Source: Camelus ferus
Taxonomy: Eukaryota
Assembly: GCF_009834535.1 (NCBI RefSeq)
Contig: NC_045697.1
Location: 79,858,001-79,922,000 of the forward strand
Length of the DNA: 64,000 nucleotides
Reading direction: 5' to 3'
The notes under the pieces are model-generated. The model was given only the letters and a program-made list of their open reading frames with translations, was not told the origin of the DNA and searched no databases. Both the position numbers and the translations under genes were made by a program. This document shows, in pieces, positions 26,570 through 40,190 of the stretch (the stretch's first letter is position 1; every line of letters begins with the position of its first letter).

Positions 26570-27850
26570 AAGAGAGAGAAATGTAAAAAGGAGACATTAG
26601 AGAAAGTTGAAAGTAGGTTGAATGATTTTTAACAATTGGAAAAAATTGCCCACTTGAAAAATTTCAAGTAAGGTTGTCAGTTATGCCCCATACCAAAACA
26701 AATTTCAGGTAATTAAAAGTTAAATGGAGGGGAGAGGTTATAGCTCAAGTGGTAGAGAGCATGCTTAGTGTGCACAAGGTCCTGTATTCAATCCCCAGCA
26801 CCTCCATTAAATAAATAATAAACCTAATTACCTACCTCCTCAAAAAAAAAAAGTTAAATAGAAAAAGAAGTTTTGTTTTTTAAGCCAGGAGAAAATGAAG
26901 AGAAGTTTTTTTTTTACTGATTTCAGGGTTGAAAGGAATAAAAGCAATGGAATAAAAATCTAAAAGTAGAAGCTTACACTTTTCAATTTATATAATTTAA
27001 AAGTCAAGAGATATATTGACTTTTAATAAAAGTCAAAAGATATATTAAAAAGAACATAAACTTGGAAAAATTTGCAACAAATATGGCAAGATGTTTTCTT
27101 GTCTATGTGGAGTTTTTAAAAATAAAAAAGATATTTGAAACTCTAAAAGGACAAAAAATGTGGACAAGTCAAAGAAGACAAAAATTGTAATAGACATAAA
27201 ATGTATGGTTAAGTTTTTAAACTCTTCAAAAATGAAAAAAGGTAAATCCAAACCATAATGATATACGTATCTATTGAGCAGAGCAAATTTGAGCACGTCA
27301 TTGAGTGGAGACAGGCTCTTCCACAAACAGTCATGGTAGCATCTTCTGCATCAGCCTCTCTCAAGAATAGTTTTGCAATGTTACAATATGTACCAAGAAT
27401 TTACATCCTTTAACATCATTATTCCACCTTTAGGAATTTAAACAATGGGCATAATCAAGACAAGGACAAAGATTTAGGTAAATAGTTTTTAATCGTAGCA
27501 TTCTTGACAACAATGAAAACAAAAGCTTTAGTGGTACAAATGATTAGGGAAAGCTAACACCAGTTATAATCCATCCAGAAACCACTATATGAGATTTAGA
27601 GTATCTTAAACAACTTTTAAATGTTGTAGGCAATACTTATTTGGTAATGTTACTTTTTAAAAGTAGAAGACAGAGTATTATCCCAACTTTGTAAAAATAT
27701 CAATTATATGCACATATATAGTGTACATGTAGAAAAATTCTAAAAGAAAATACATCAAAACATGCACTGTTAAGTTTGAGTAATGGGATTTACGGCTGCT
27801 GGCTGATTGTGGGTTTTTTTAAATTCATTTAAAAATGTTCTATGAGAATA
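26570..27850 (+). mobile_element. Ancient L1 (L1ME-like) ORF2 3' remnant
   Basis: A-rich degenerate L1 motifs (cataccaaaacaaatttcagg, ggaaaaatttgcaacaaatatggcaag, attccacctttaggaattta); boundaries approximate. Confidence 0.55.
26727..26850 (+). mobile_element. tRNA-derived SINE (vic-1-like) inserted in an old L1
   Basis: tatagctcaagtggtagag..cttagtgtgcacaaggtcctgtattcaatccccagcacctcc..aaacctaattacc and a poly(A) tail; TSD aaaagttaaat at 26715-26725 and 26849-26859. Confidence 0.9.
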
Positions 27851-28484
27851 TGTATGTTTTTTAATGATCCCACTACCTTTTTTTTTTAATAGGGAGGGAG
27901 ACTATAAGAATAAAAAAAAGGAGTTAAAGAGTGTAGAAAGTTATATAGTTCTAGACAAATGCTCCAATGGAATAGGTGTATTTTTTAGGCTTCATAACAA
28001 TTTATTATTTTTTTTAATGTTTTACACTTAATTAGCTTTTCAATTGATTTGAAGGGAGGACTTTTTATGAGTAGATCCTTATTAAATTTTTACTGTGAAA
28101 ATAAGACTATTATCATTTCTTATAGGTGTAATCAACATTTAAATAGCGGGTATGGTGATTAATTAAGAACAGCTGAGAGTTTCATCCATCTTGGAAGCAG
28201 TCCAGGTTTAAATCCCACTCAGGAAAATATGTCAGTACAAGCTAGTAAAAGTCTGCATGCTGCTTTAAAAACAGAGGAACAAATGTCTTTGAAGCCTGCT
28301 GTGCTGGGAAACTTGAAAATGTTTTTCCTGTGAATGGTAATAGTAACAATGGTGATAGAGACATGGCTCTAAATTCACTCGTCGAGTGTAATGTGTAAGA
28401 ATATTTTGAGGTACTATAACTGTGTCCCTAAAAGCCACAACTCTTGGGTTAGCAACATTAAAGGAAAGAAATCTTAGTATTCCA

Positions 28485-28970
28485 CTACTCAGCCACAAAA
28501 AAGAATAAAATAATGTTATTTGCAGCAACATGGGCAGAACTGTGATCATCATTCTAAGTGAAGTAAGCCAGAAAAAGAAAGAAAAATACCATATGATATC
28601 ATTCATATGTAGAGTTAAAAAAAAAAAAGCTAATAATGCAGAAAAAAAAGGAAAAAGAAGACACCAATGAACTCATCTACAAAACAGAAACAAACTCACA
28701 GACATAGTTAACAATCTTATGTTTACCGGTAGTGGAGGAAGGGGGATGGGGAGGGATAAATTGGGAGTTCAAGATTTGCAAATATTAATTGCTATAAAAA
28801 CATAGATGAAAAACAGATTTCTTTTGTATAGCACAGGAAACTATTCAATACCTTGTAGTAGCCTTTAATGGAAAAAAATATGAAAAGGAATATATGTATG
28901 TATATATATGACTGAAACATTGTTATGTACACCAGAAATTGACACATAGTATACTTCAATTAAAAAAAAA
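28485..28970 (+). mobile_element. 5'-truncated LINE-1 3' end, sense orientation
   Basis: ctactcagccac..ttgcagcaacatgg..aagtgaagtaagccag..tatagcacaggaaacta..tatacttcaatt and poly(A); TSD aagaaatctt---attcca at 28466-28484 and 28971-28989. Confidence 0.92.
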
Positions 28971-30516
28971 AAGAAATCTTGACATTCCAGAGGTGTCAGT
29001 GCCACATGGTTCAAACTTTAGGCCAGGCCTTGCCCCCAGCACAAGAAAAGGAATTGGGCATCCAGGAAAATCAGAATGTGATTGCTGGGGCCAGGAATGT
29101 GGTCACAGAAACTTTTCCTCAGAACAGGAAGCAGCAGACACTCCTACAAGTTATTCAACAGTGGAAAGGTATTTGGCACTTTTGGGTAGAGCTAAGGAGG
29201 TGGTGTCCTGCACGGTGGTGTGATTGTGGCCTCTGGACTGGCTACCAATCTCAGCTCTGGCATTTATTACTCAATATCCAAGTACTTTAATCTCACTAAG
29301 GCTCAGTTTCTTCAATTGGGTGGCTTATGAGGATTAAATGACAATATAAATGTTTTGTCATACAGTAGGATTAGCCATTAAAAATATTGCAGTAGTAAGT
29401 GTGAGAAATAAATACAAAAAGTACAAACTACTATTCATTCCTTCAAGGAATTTATAGGCTAGTTGGGTAGTCGGGGTTTATGCACACAAAGCAAACTGTA
29501 TGCTGTAGTCTCTTGAGTAGTTGAACACCGTAAAACAAAAAGCATGTAGAATTCTGATACGGTGTTTGTCAGTTCATATTCTGTAAGAAAATATTTTTAC
29601 ATTTAATTAAAAAATCATTTAAACTATATAAATATACAGGAATCATGTAAAAATGATGAAGAATTGACTTGCTTGCTTAGTGTGTCTTTGACAATTGTTT
29701 ATCTTAAAACAAAATTTAGCGAAAAAAAAAGTGTAGTAACCCCCACCAAAACACATACAATTAATTCTTACTTAAACATAACCAGAAGAGAAAGGCTTTA
29801 GGTCAGGCTAAATCTTTGTAATGATTACTTTACATAATTTGTACTAAATTAGTATTTACATCCATGAAAAGATATTATTATTAAAGGAAACTCAGTTGCT
29901 AAAATATCCTGCAATTCTTCCATGTGGGAGAAAGAGACCTAATGCAAGTTGAGCTTCTCCAGGTATAAAGAGCTATATCCTGTGGAGGTGCCACAGGATT
30001 TTAATACATACCCAAGCTTTCATCATGCTTCACATTATGTGCTGGGTTCCCACATTGCTAATCAGAAATAGCACCATCTAAACTTTTTTTGTTGAAGTAT
30101 AATTGGTGTACAATATTACATAAGTTACAGGTGTACAATTTAGTGATTCACAATTTTAAAGGTTATGCTTCATTTACAGTTATTATAAAATATTGGTTAT
30201 ATTCCCCATGCTGTATAATATATTCTTATATCTTATTTTATACATAAGAGTTCGTACCTCTTACTCCCTTATCCCTGTATTGCTCCTCTCCTCTCCCCTC
30301 TCTGCTGATAGCCACTAGTTTGTTCTCTGTGAGTCTGCTAAATTTTGTGCTATATTTACTAGTTTATTGTATTTTTTAGCTTCCTCATGTAAATAATATC
30401 ATATAGTATTTCTTTTTCTCTGTCTGACTTATTTCACTTAGCATAATATCCTCCAGGTCCATCCATGTTGCTGCAAATGGCAAAATTTCAGTCTTTTTTA
30501 TGGCTGTTGTATTCCA

Positions 30517-30601
30517 TGTGTATATACATATACACTATGTATATATGTATATATATATACTGTGTGTGTGTGTATATATATATACACACACATATATATA
30601 C

Positions 30602-30646
<45 letters not shown>
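30517..30646. repeat. Compound (TA)/(TG)/(CA) microsatellite inside L1
   Basis: About 130 bp of almost uninterrupted alternating purine-pyrimidine sequence. Confidence 0.95.
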
Positions 30647-30647
<1 letters not shown>

Positions 30648-31380
30648 ACTTAATAGTCCATTGTCTATATAAACCACATCTTTATCCATTCATCTGTTGA
30701 TGAACATTTAGGTTGCTTCCATATCTTAGCAATTGTAAATGATCCTGCTGTGAACATTGGAATGTATGTATCTTTTTGAATTAGTGTTTTGTTTGTTTGT
30801 TTGTTTGTTTTTTCAGATATCTACCCAGGAGTGTAATTGATGGGTCATATGGTAGTTCTATTTTTAGATTTTTTTGAGAAATCTCTGGAAAACCTACTGT
30901 TTTACACAGTGGCTATACCAGTGTACATTCCCAGCAACAGTGTACAAGGATTCCTTTCCTCCACATTCTTGCCAAAATTTGTTATTTGTGGGTTTTTTTT
31001 TTTTTTGATGATTATCATTCTGCCAGGTGTGAGGTATCTCACTGCAGGTTTGATTTTCAGTTCCCAGATGATTAGTGATGTTGACATCTTTTCATTTGCC
31101 TGTTGCCCATCTGCAATTCCTCTTTGAAAAAATGTTTGTTCAGGTCTTCTGCTCATTTGTAATTAGGTTGTTTGTTTTTTTGATGTTGAATTGTATAATC
31201 TGTCTATGTATGTTGTGTATTAATCCCTTATGGGTCATATCATTTGCAAATATTTTCTCCCATTCAGTAGGTTGTCTTTTCAGCTGTACAAAAGCTCTTA
31301 AGTTTAGTTAGGTCTCATTTGTTTATTTTTGCTTTTATTTCCTTTGCTTTTATGTCTCTTTTCTTTTATTTCCATAAATT

Positions 31381-31536
31381 AAAAAATTTATTTATTTATT
31401 TATTTTTGTGGGGGGGGTGTTGGTGATTAAGTTTACTTGTTTATTTATTTATTTTTAGAGGTGGTACTGGAGATTGAACCCAGGACCTTGTGCATGCTAA
31501 GCATGCACTCTACCACTTGGGCTATATCCTACCCCC
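31381..31536 (-). mobile_element. tRNA-derived SINE (vic-1-like) nested in L1
   Basis: Same SINE body on the minus strand; TSD ttatttc(c/t)ataaatt at 31366-31380 and 31537-31551. Confidence 0.9.
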
Positions 31537-34500
31537 TTATTTCTATAAATTTAAAAATTTGTTCTAGTTCTGTGAAAAATATCATTGGTATTTTGGTAGG
31601 GATTGCATTGAATCTGTAGATTGCCTTGGGAAGTATGATCATTTTGACAATATTAATGCTTCCAATCCAAGAGCATGGTATGTCTTTACATCTGTTTGTG
31701 TCATCTTCAGTTTCTTTCATCAGGGTTATAATTTTTTGAGTACAGGTCTTTTGCCTCCTTAGTTAGGTTTATCCTTATGTATTTTATTCTTTTTGATGCA
31801 ATGGTAAATGGGATTGTTTCTAATAGTGTATAGTTGTTAGTGTATAGAAATGCAACAGATTTCTGTGTATTAATTTTGTACCCTGCAACTTTACCAAATT
31901 CACTGATGAGTTCTAGTAGTTTTCTGGTGGTGTTTTTAGGATTTTCTATGTATAATATCACGTCATCTGCAAATAGTGACAGTTTTATTTCTTCATTTCC
32001 AATTTGGATTCCTTTTATTTCTTTTTCTGTTTGCTGTGGCTAGGACTGCCAATGCTATAATAAAAGTCACTAGAGTGGGCATCCTTGTCTTGTTCCTGAT
32101 CTTAAAGGAAATACTTTCAGCTTTTCACCATTGAGTTTGATGTTAGCTGGGGTTTGTCATTTATGACTAAACATCTTTTGAATGAAAACCTCAACATCTT
32201 TTAGTTTCACAAGTTTTGTTTTTTAATTACTGGATAGCTTGCCACTGGTTCTTAGTCAAGGGCCAGTGATAAGGTATTTACAGTTTTAATATTTAAGAAA
32301 AATTTTGACATTTCAACTAAGTTTATTTTGGTGGACAAAAGAGGTCTTTTGAGCTACAGACAGCTACTGCTTTGCAAAAAAGTTCTAATGCTATCTTTTT
32401 ATATGTACAAAAGTAACCTAACTCTTTTAAAGCTATTTTCTAAGTTTAATTTTTGAGCAATTAAAGCTAGAATAACTAGTATTTATGTTGCCTCTTGTCA
32501 GCTTTGCATAAGACTAAAAGAGATGACAATGCTCTTCCCAAGTTTCCATTGTCAACATAATCTTCTTTATTGGCTAGTATATTTCAGGCACTAAACTAGG
32601 CTTTGGAAATTCTAGAATTATAAGATATGATTTCTGCCTTCAAGTGAAATTATAATTTTATTCTGACCGATGGAATATATGACTCTCTCTACACACACTC
32701 ATACACATACACCACACATACACATATACATATATTTGACAATTTAATTTTATATGTCATGTTACAGGTAGATATTTATATAAGAATGTAGAGGTAGAAT
32801 TAAGTATATAGTTCCATATGACTGAAGTGAGGCATATTTTATATGCATAATAATTCTAAAAGAAAAACAGCCTCTCTCCTCTGTGTCTTTTAACATACCA
32901 ATGATATCTTTTATTTAGAAGTTAGTTAGTCTTACTGTAACTACTGAGACTATTGAAATAAATTACTGCATGTTGTTATGCATTCAGTAATTCCCCTCTT
33001 CTTTGGGTGATTTATACAATAATAAAAGAGTTGTTATTGCTTTATATAAAGTTTTTCCCCCAAAGAAGAGCTGAATTATAGTTTATTTCTGAAAAACAGG
33101 ATGCTAATGGTTCTGTAGTTAGTATCAGTAAGATACCATTTCTTTCTATATTTAATTTCTTTACTAATGTTGTAGTTGGCAATTATCTGTTAAGCTAATT
33201 AAGGTCAGAGAATGTTGAGCTCCAAAGCCTATCTAATCAATTCCATTGCTAAGTACAATAGTTTTCCCAAAACTTCAACCAGAAGATTAAGATACAGATG
33301 GAGGTCATCTTTACCCATTACTCTTCACTCACTTACCCTTCAGAAGGGACAGGCATGATGTGGCTTATTGTGGTTATCTGATAGAATTGTAAAGGCTTAA
33401 GAATTAACGTAACAGCTATAAATTTTGCTAATCAGGATTTGAAACCAAGTTTTAGAATCTAGTAAGTCTGAAAAAATTTACTTGATTCACCGAACTTCTC
33501 ACTCGTTTTATTCATATTGACTGACGCTGCTTCATGTGTCTATTTGGCCAATTTTACTTTGTTGAACTTCTTCCTTTATTTTGTTTTATGTCCCCAAGTA
33601 TTTATTGATCTACTCTGTGTTGGGTGCTGTGCCCAGAAGTGGAGACACAAAGAGGAGTAAGTCATGACCTCATCTACCCTGAAAGGCCAGGCTGGTTGGG
33701 GAGATAGATAAGTAAACAGCTAATCTGGGGCTCTTGCTAGAGCCATTCACAACACCTAGTGCAGTGTTGTGCTTATAACTAGTAATCAACAAACATTTAT
33801 GAATGACCGCGTGCTCAGGGTGTATTGGGGCCCCACAGTAAAGGAACGTGGTCAGACTTGAGGGGAGAGGATAAGTTGGGAGGGTGCTGTGAAGAAGCTA
33901 TCCCAAGCCTCTGGGGGAAGACTGACAGGGTCCACTTAACCCAAATTCTTGTAGAAGTCAAATAATAAAAAACAACTAGCAAAGCATTATCCATTTCTCA
34001 TTAAACCTGGCTTAAGCCCAATTTTTTTTTTTTTAAATGGTCTTGGGCATCTGAACCAAAGCTTAGTTTCATAAGATGAATTAACCCTACTTTTGTTTTT
34101 AGTTATGTTTAAATTAGGAGTTTCCTTACTTTTCAATATTCTCTTTGGAGTTGATGCCAATGCGTTTACCCCCAACAAATCAAGAATTTGTTTTGAAAGC
34201 TTCCCCAGAAGAAGTTCAGATATTCTCTGAAATGCAATAGTAACTAGAGGGGTTTTTATTGACTGATTTCCAACAGAGGGATTTTGTAGTATGAGCTAAA
34301 ATGTTAAAAAAAAAAAAAAAAAAAAAGGGCAGTGCAAGCTACAAATACTTGATTGCTCACCTTTTCCCACTGCCATGTGTTATGTACTGTAATTAATTAG
34401 ACACATTCTTTTTTTAAAGCCAGTTTTTCACCCTATCTTTTCCATTTCAGTGTAAAATTACAAAAGCTCTTTACCTTGCATGGAGTTAGAGTTGAATATC

Positions 34501-35049
34501 TCAAACCATTCTAGACAATTACAGTTCATAGCACAAGGGTAAACTTAGAAAGTCACAGCAGGTCACATCCATTGTGGATAAAGTTGTGGATCTCTGTTGT
34601 ATACTGATCTTATGGGGAAATGTCAGCTGCATGATGTTAGTATTCTGAGCACGTGAGAAGTCTCCTGTACAGAATTCTGTTTTAATCTTACTGGTATATA
34701 TATACATACATACATATGCTGCAGTATACATATACATTGCACTTATTTTATCAGTACTTCCTGGCAGTTCACGCACGATATTGATAGGTTGACAGTATTT
34801 GCTTCCAGAGGCAGCACAAGAAGTGCTTCCATATTAGGAGTTTTATGGACAGAGAAATGGTAAGGAGTGAAGCAAAATCCAGTATCACTGCAAAAAACCA
34901 GGCCATCTCCCAGAGGTTATTCTATGTCCTGTGTCTGTAATCAATACCCTCTCTTGGATGTGTCAGTCTTGCATTTTATCAGACCAAAACCAAACCATTG
35001 TGCTCTCTCCAGTTTTAGGGTACTGTTTCCCCAAATTTCTGGTCTGGGT

Positions 35050-35560
35050 TAATTGCGTCACTCGTTACATGCCAGAGCTAGATGTCTCCAAGTTTTCCTT
35101 AAGTTCTCCTTTTCCATAAACCCTTAAATTCAATTCCCCCAAGTTTTATAGCTTCTTTTCCCTACATATATGACAAATTGCTTATTTTTCACATTGCTGT
35201 CCTGATGACATTGCTCGTCAGGACCATGTCAATTGTATCCCAAGTTGTCCCCCAGATTCCATTCTCTTTGCCCTCTAACTCATCCTCCATATGTTACTAG
35301 GGTGATTATTTTGAAACAGAATCTGGTTTTGGCTTTTCCCGTCCTTTCACCTAAAGGGTAATACTCAGTCTTATTATGGCATACAAGAACACCCATGGCC
35401 TGGGCCCTGCCTTACTTTTCGAATTTTACTCCTTTCTCATTTCCAACATGACCCTTATAATTCACACACACTGCATTACTTACAGTGTTCTGCATGCTGT
35501 GTTCTTTCTACCACTACGCTGTTGCACTTGCTGTTCCCTGTGCCTGCTCTTTTTTCCAGC
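35050..35560 (+). mobile_element. LINE-2 fragment
   Basis: ctcatcctccatatgttactagggtgattattttgaaacag..ggcatacaagaacacccatggcctgggccctgcctta..gcacttgctgttccctgtgcctg. Confidence 0.55.
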
Positions 35561-38500
35561 TGACTCATCACCAGGAACTTTATAAAATGCAATGTTGCTA
35601 TTCCTACTCTACATCTAAGTGTAAAATATGTTTGTAAAATAAAACAAATGTCTATTGCTTGGACTACTGCCTTTAAATGGATCTCCCTGGATCCATTTTT
35701 ACCCACTTTAATCTAATTCATGGAACATATTGCAGCTATAAAAAATTGGTTTAATGAAGATCTTGAAATCTTTTGAGGGGATGGAAAATGTTTATTTTTT
35801 TCTACATTTAATCACTTGGAGCTAACACCGTGCTTGGCACACAGGAGGTGCTTCAAAAATATTTGTCTTACTCTCAACTAAATAACTTCTTGTTGTTTAA
35901 GGACTGGTTAAATTATTTTAACTCTTTATTATCAAAGTAATCTGTTGTTTGATTAATTTATTCCTACTTTGCCCAAACTGAAGCTATGATTTTTTTCACT
36001 ATGTATACATTTAGATAGGTACAACTATAGACCTTTTCAGTAGTTTAATCAGGAGTCAAACTGGGAAGTGATTTCCTTCTTATACAGCACACATGTTGCA
36101 TATTCTTAATTTTTTTAAATTTATTTTTAAAAAGGTTTGTTGACATTCAGCTGTGCACCACTGGGTCGGCAATATGGGGGTCAAGAAATGAATGTAAAAA
36201 TGATTTTCTATATGACATTTAGCGTAATGCAGACTTCTTTAGAATTGGAATTTTGCCTTCCACGTAGATCATCACAAATATGGAAAAGACTCTGAAAGCT
36301 GTGCACTCTTCTTTGGGACCTGCATGCTTTGGAGAATGGGGTGAATAAACAGCTTCTCAAAAATTACATGCACATTAGAAAGATGGGCTTTTGCCATCTT
36401 ACAGATGACAATGAACTTGATAGCACTTTAACCAAAGGAACTAGAGACACAAATTACTTTTAATAAGCAACATAATTATCATGCTGAAATTCCTGACACC
36501 CAGTAATTAGAAAGATTTCCAAAAAATAGAAACCCCAAGGGGTTGCACAAACAGAGTTCTTGGGTCTATTATTCCCATAAAATTAAAATACTGTCTTGGG
36601 TCAAGAAATGATACTGGAAAGTAATGAATTCCAATTCTTACTTTATTCTGAAGTAGATATTGATATTGCAACACTTATGTACTCAAAAAAAGTGAAATAA
36701 AAAATTGAGTTAGCAGCTCAATTTTGATGCATTTGCTCTAAATTAGTCTTTTTTTTTTTTTTGAAAATAGTAGAAATGAGTTCAGAATTACATTTAAACA
36801 AGTAGAGTCAGGTTGTCACTGTGTGTGGTTGCTAAGCTGTAATTAAGTGATACTCCCTAGAAAATCAGACTGACAATTACAGATGTACACTGGACTGTTG
36901 TAAACAGAAAGCGCTTCTGTATTTCTATGTGCATCTTCACAGGACAACACTGGAACCAACAATGTAAGGATAGAAAAATTTATCCAAATTCTTTTAAAAT
37001 AGTGCTCACATTGTAAGGTGCTGTGAAGCTTTCATGGCAAGATTGTATTTTCTTGTCATTCAGTCTTGAATAACAATGTTAGAGAAGCAGTCTCCTTTTC
37101 AGTGAATGCAGTGTGTGGGGGTGTGGTCGGCGCCTCATCTGTGCTGTGTCACGAAGCTGCTTCTGACTGAGTGATGTCTGCATCAGAGCAGATGGTCTGA
37201 AGATGAATAATCAGACCGGTGGGGATAGAAATTTGGTGCCTACCTCAAGGGGGCAATAGTAAATTAACACTGTAGGATGCCTGGCATAATGAACAATTGA
37301 TGAAAGATATTTTCACTTGATTGGGTTTGTTTTTTGCATATCCTGACAGTTCTAAAAGCCTTCAAGGGAGTCTACAACCTAATTCAGGTCCATTTATCCT
37401 GATCCTTAAGTATTGCTGTGGGATGAATTCTAATATATCTTTTCCCTCAAATATCCTGTAACGTTTTAACACCCTGATTAGTCAGGGAATGAAAAGAGTT
37501 TTGTGTAGAGAAGATTTCTTAAAGAAAGAATTAAATAAAATATGGTTACAGAATTATATCAAAAGCTCTCTGTTTTTTCTCCCGACCAAAATGTTATGGC
37601 AGTAGGTTATTATTCACTTATAAAACCTGCTCTCTTATGGCCAGTGATGGCCCGAAGAGAAATTCCTTTGGAAATATGTGTATGCTACATAAAACTTGTT
37701 AAGCTCTTCCATGTTTTGGCCCATATTCATTCATGTTGAGTGTAAGATGCTGGCATCTTACATTTTTACAGAGATGTCCAGCTTATTGGAAATTAGGCAA
37801 GATATTAGACCTACGATACAGATTGTTTTAAAAATATCTTTTTCATTATTTTACACACAATTAATACCGGTTGGAGATCTCAAAGCAATAATAGAGAACT
37901 GTTTAGAATTCAGTCCTCTATAGATGTGGTGTGTGTTACCAAGTTTCTATTGTGAATCTCTTAAGTGTTCGTTATTTTTATTGTTGGCATGTTAAATGCA
38001 GATTTCCGTGTAACTTTAGCTATTGAAAATATTAGGGAATACTATGGAGATACTAAAATTGTCAGTTTAGGATTTGTAGAATATTTTGCCTGCCTTTGCG
38101 TTGTCAACCTTTTGAACGTAAAAAAAGTAAGCAGAACTTTTCAAATGTATCAGTTCAAGCGGTAGTGTTAGGGATTGTATATGGCATTAAAGCATGATGT
38201 TACAAGATATCTCTACACCAAGAGGAACCAGCAATGCAAGTGGGATATCATAATCTCCTAATCATATGCCATTTTCTCAAAGTATGATAAGCTCTTTAGG
38301 GAGAAATTTTAACTCTTGATAAATAGTTTAATATTTAAAGCAATCATTAAGATGATTACCTAACTGAAGCAGTAATGTCTTAAATCTGTTCATGTAACTG
38401 AAGCCTCCCAAAGAGTAATTTATCCCTCGAAACAATTGGAAGCATGCAATTGTAGTGCTCTTCAATTCATATTTTTAAGACCTACAGCTACAGCAAAATG

Positions 38501-39769
38501 TTTCCTGTATTATCCTGATTTTCTTAGATTCGTAAATGTTGTGGAGGAACCACACATATTTCCATCTACAAACTTACTATTTTCCCATTTAAATTCAGAA
38601 GCATTTCACATGTTGTATGTGTGATGGAATTTCAGAGTTCTGTGGGAAATGCCTAGAATACAAATAATCAAAACCTATTGATTTTCTGCCTTAGAAGTTG
38701 CTTAAAATTTCAATTTACCATAATGTTCACTAGGAAACAGAATTATAAGCACTTAAGAAAGTTTTTACCTATCTTTGTAAAAATTTCCATTTTAGTGAAC
38801 GTTTCAATGTGTCTTACTGTAATGACATCCTAGTAATGAGCCTGGTTATAGAAACATTTTATGAAACCAAACTCATGTCAGCAAAACAAAATTACTTTTC
38901 AAGTCAAACTTTCACGGTCTCATAAAATACTAACTGGGAAATTCATATTCCTTCTGTTCAATGATTCCTTTTACGGGAATATATATATAAATACTCAAAA
39001 ATTTAAAAATCACATAGGGATTAGAAGTATAAAATAGTTACCAAATGTACATCACAACAGTCATTTCTGATTTAGGGGTTTCATTCCTACTAGTTTTGTG
39101 TTTTTGCAGCATTTCTAATTTATTGAGGAAGGATATTGTCACATTATTAATATTTTGATTCAGTTTTTAGAACAGTGAGTGACACAGAAAGTGAGTGTAC
39201 AGAAAATTTTTTAAGGTATAAAACTGTCTCTGACTATTTACTTCTGTTTATCCTAAAAAAAATTAACAACTGAAATCTCTGAACCAGATCTGGTCTTTTT
39301 GGATTTGTGGTAAACGTTTTCGAAGACCAGTGCAGTACAATTTGTATTACTGTATACAAAGATAAGAAAAGTGGAATAACTTTCACTAAAGCTAAATGAA
39401 GAGTATAATTCATGATGATCAAATAGAATTGTGTAATTTTTAGAATTACAAAGCCTCGGTGGATGTCAGAGCAACTCATGAAAAGATGCTCTAGAATTTG
39501 ACTTAGAAACCTCCTTTTGAGGTCAGGAACAAAACTGTGTGAACTTAGCAGTCTGCATTGTCTCTTAGCCTGTGTAGTGCCTTAAATGAATGCAAATACA
39601 ATTTTCATTAAAAGTCTTGTGCAATATGAATAGTCTGCATCAGAAAAATTGCCTCCACTGTAAGAAAAAGATACTGCTTTTGAATACTAATTTTTTCATC
39701 TGTTTACTCTTCAGTGGTTTTGTCGCCATGGTGTAAGTTAGGAACAACTTGTATTTCAGTGTCAGCATC

Positions 39770-40190
39770 TTTTTAAAGTAAATATTTCATTTGATTATAA
39801 TATTCATACAGAAAGTGCATAAATTATAATGTTTATCTTGATATTTCTCACAAAGTTTGCATACCCATTTAACCACACCCAGAATTAGAAACTAGAAGTA
39901 CAGTATTACCAGCAACCGAAGCCCCTTTCTACCCCCTTCCAGAAACTACTATTCCAACTTCGAACAGTTGAGATTGGTTTTGTCAGTTTTTGAACTTTAA
40001 TAAATGGAATCATAAAGATGTCCTTTTTGGGGTCTGCCTTAATTTTCTTTGCATTATTTTTGTGAGATCTGTTGGTGTTGCATGTGAGTAAGATTCATTC
40101 ACTTCTCTTCCCACTGCTACATAATCTTCTGGTTTTACTCTCTTGACATATAAGAATTGTACAAGGGATTCATTAATCTCGACATGGTAT
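39770..40190 (-). mobile_element. Ancient L1ME-like 3' end
   Basis: tataatattcatacagaaagtgca..aaccacacccag..ttttgaactttaataaatggaatcata..ttttgtgagat..catgtg motifs. Confidence 0.6.

Larger units (their letters stand above)
30084..32165 (-). mobile_element. Truncated LINE-1 (RT-region ORF2 remnant to 3' UTR) with internal deletion, nested SINE and microsatellite
   Basis: ORF2 peptides [30 protein letters not shown] (31707-31961) and [25 protein letters not shown] (31529-31720); L1 3' UTR near 30084; short ctaaac repeat at both flanks. Confidence 0.93.

Noticed and set aside
30465..30700. ORFs with YIYI/HTHT/CVCV repeats
   Set aside because: Translations of the microsatellite.
36178..36611. 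14-bp direct repeat gggtcaagaaatga about 420 bp apart
   Set aside because: No poly(A) tail, terminal repeats or known element between the copies; plausible by chance.
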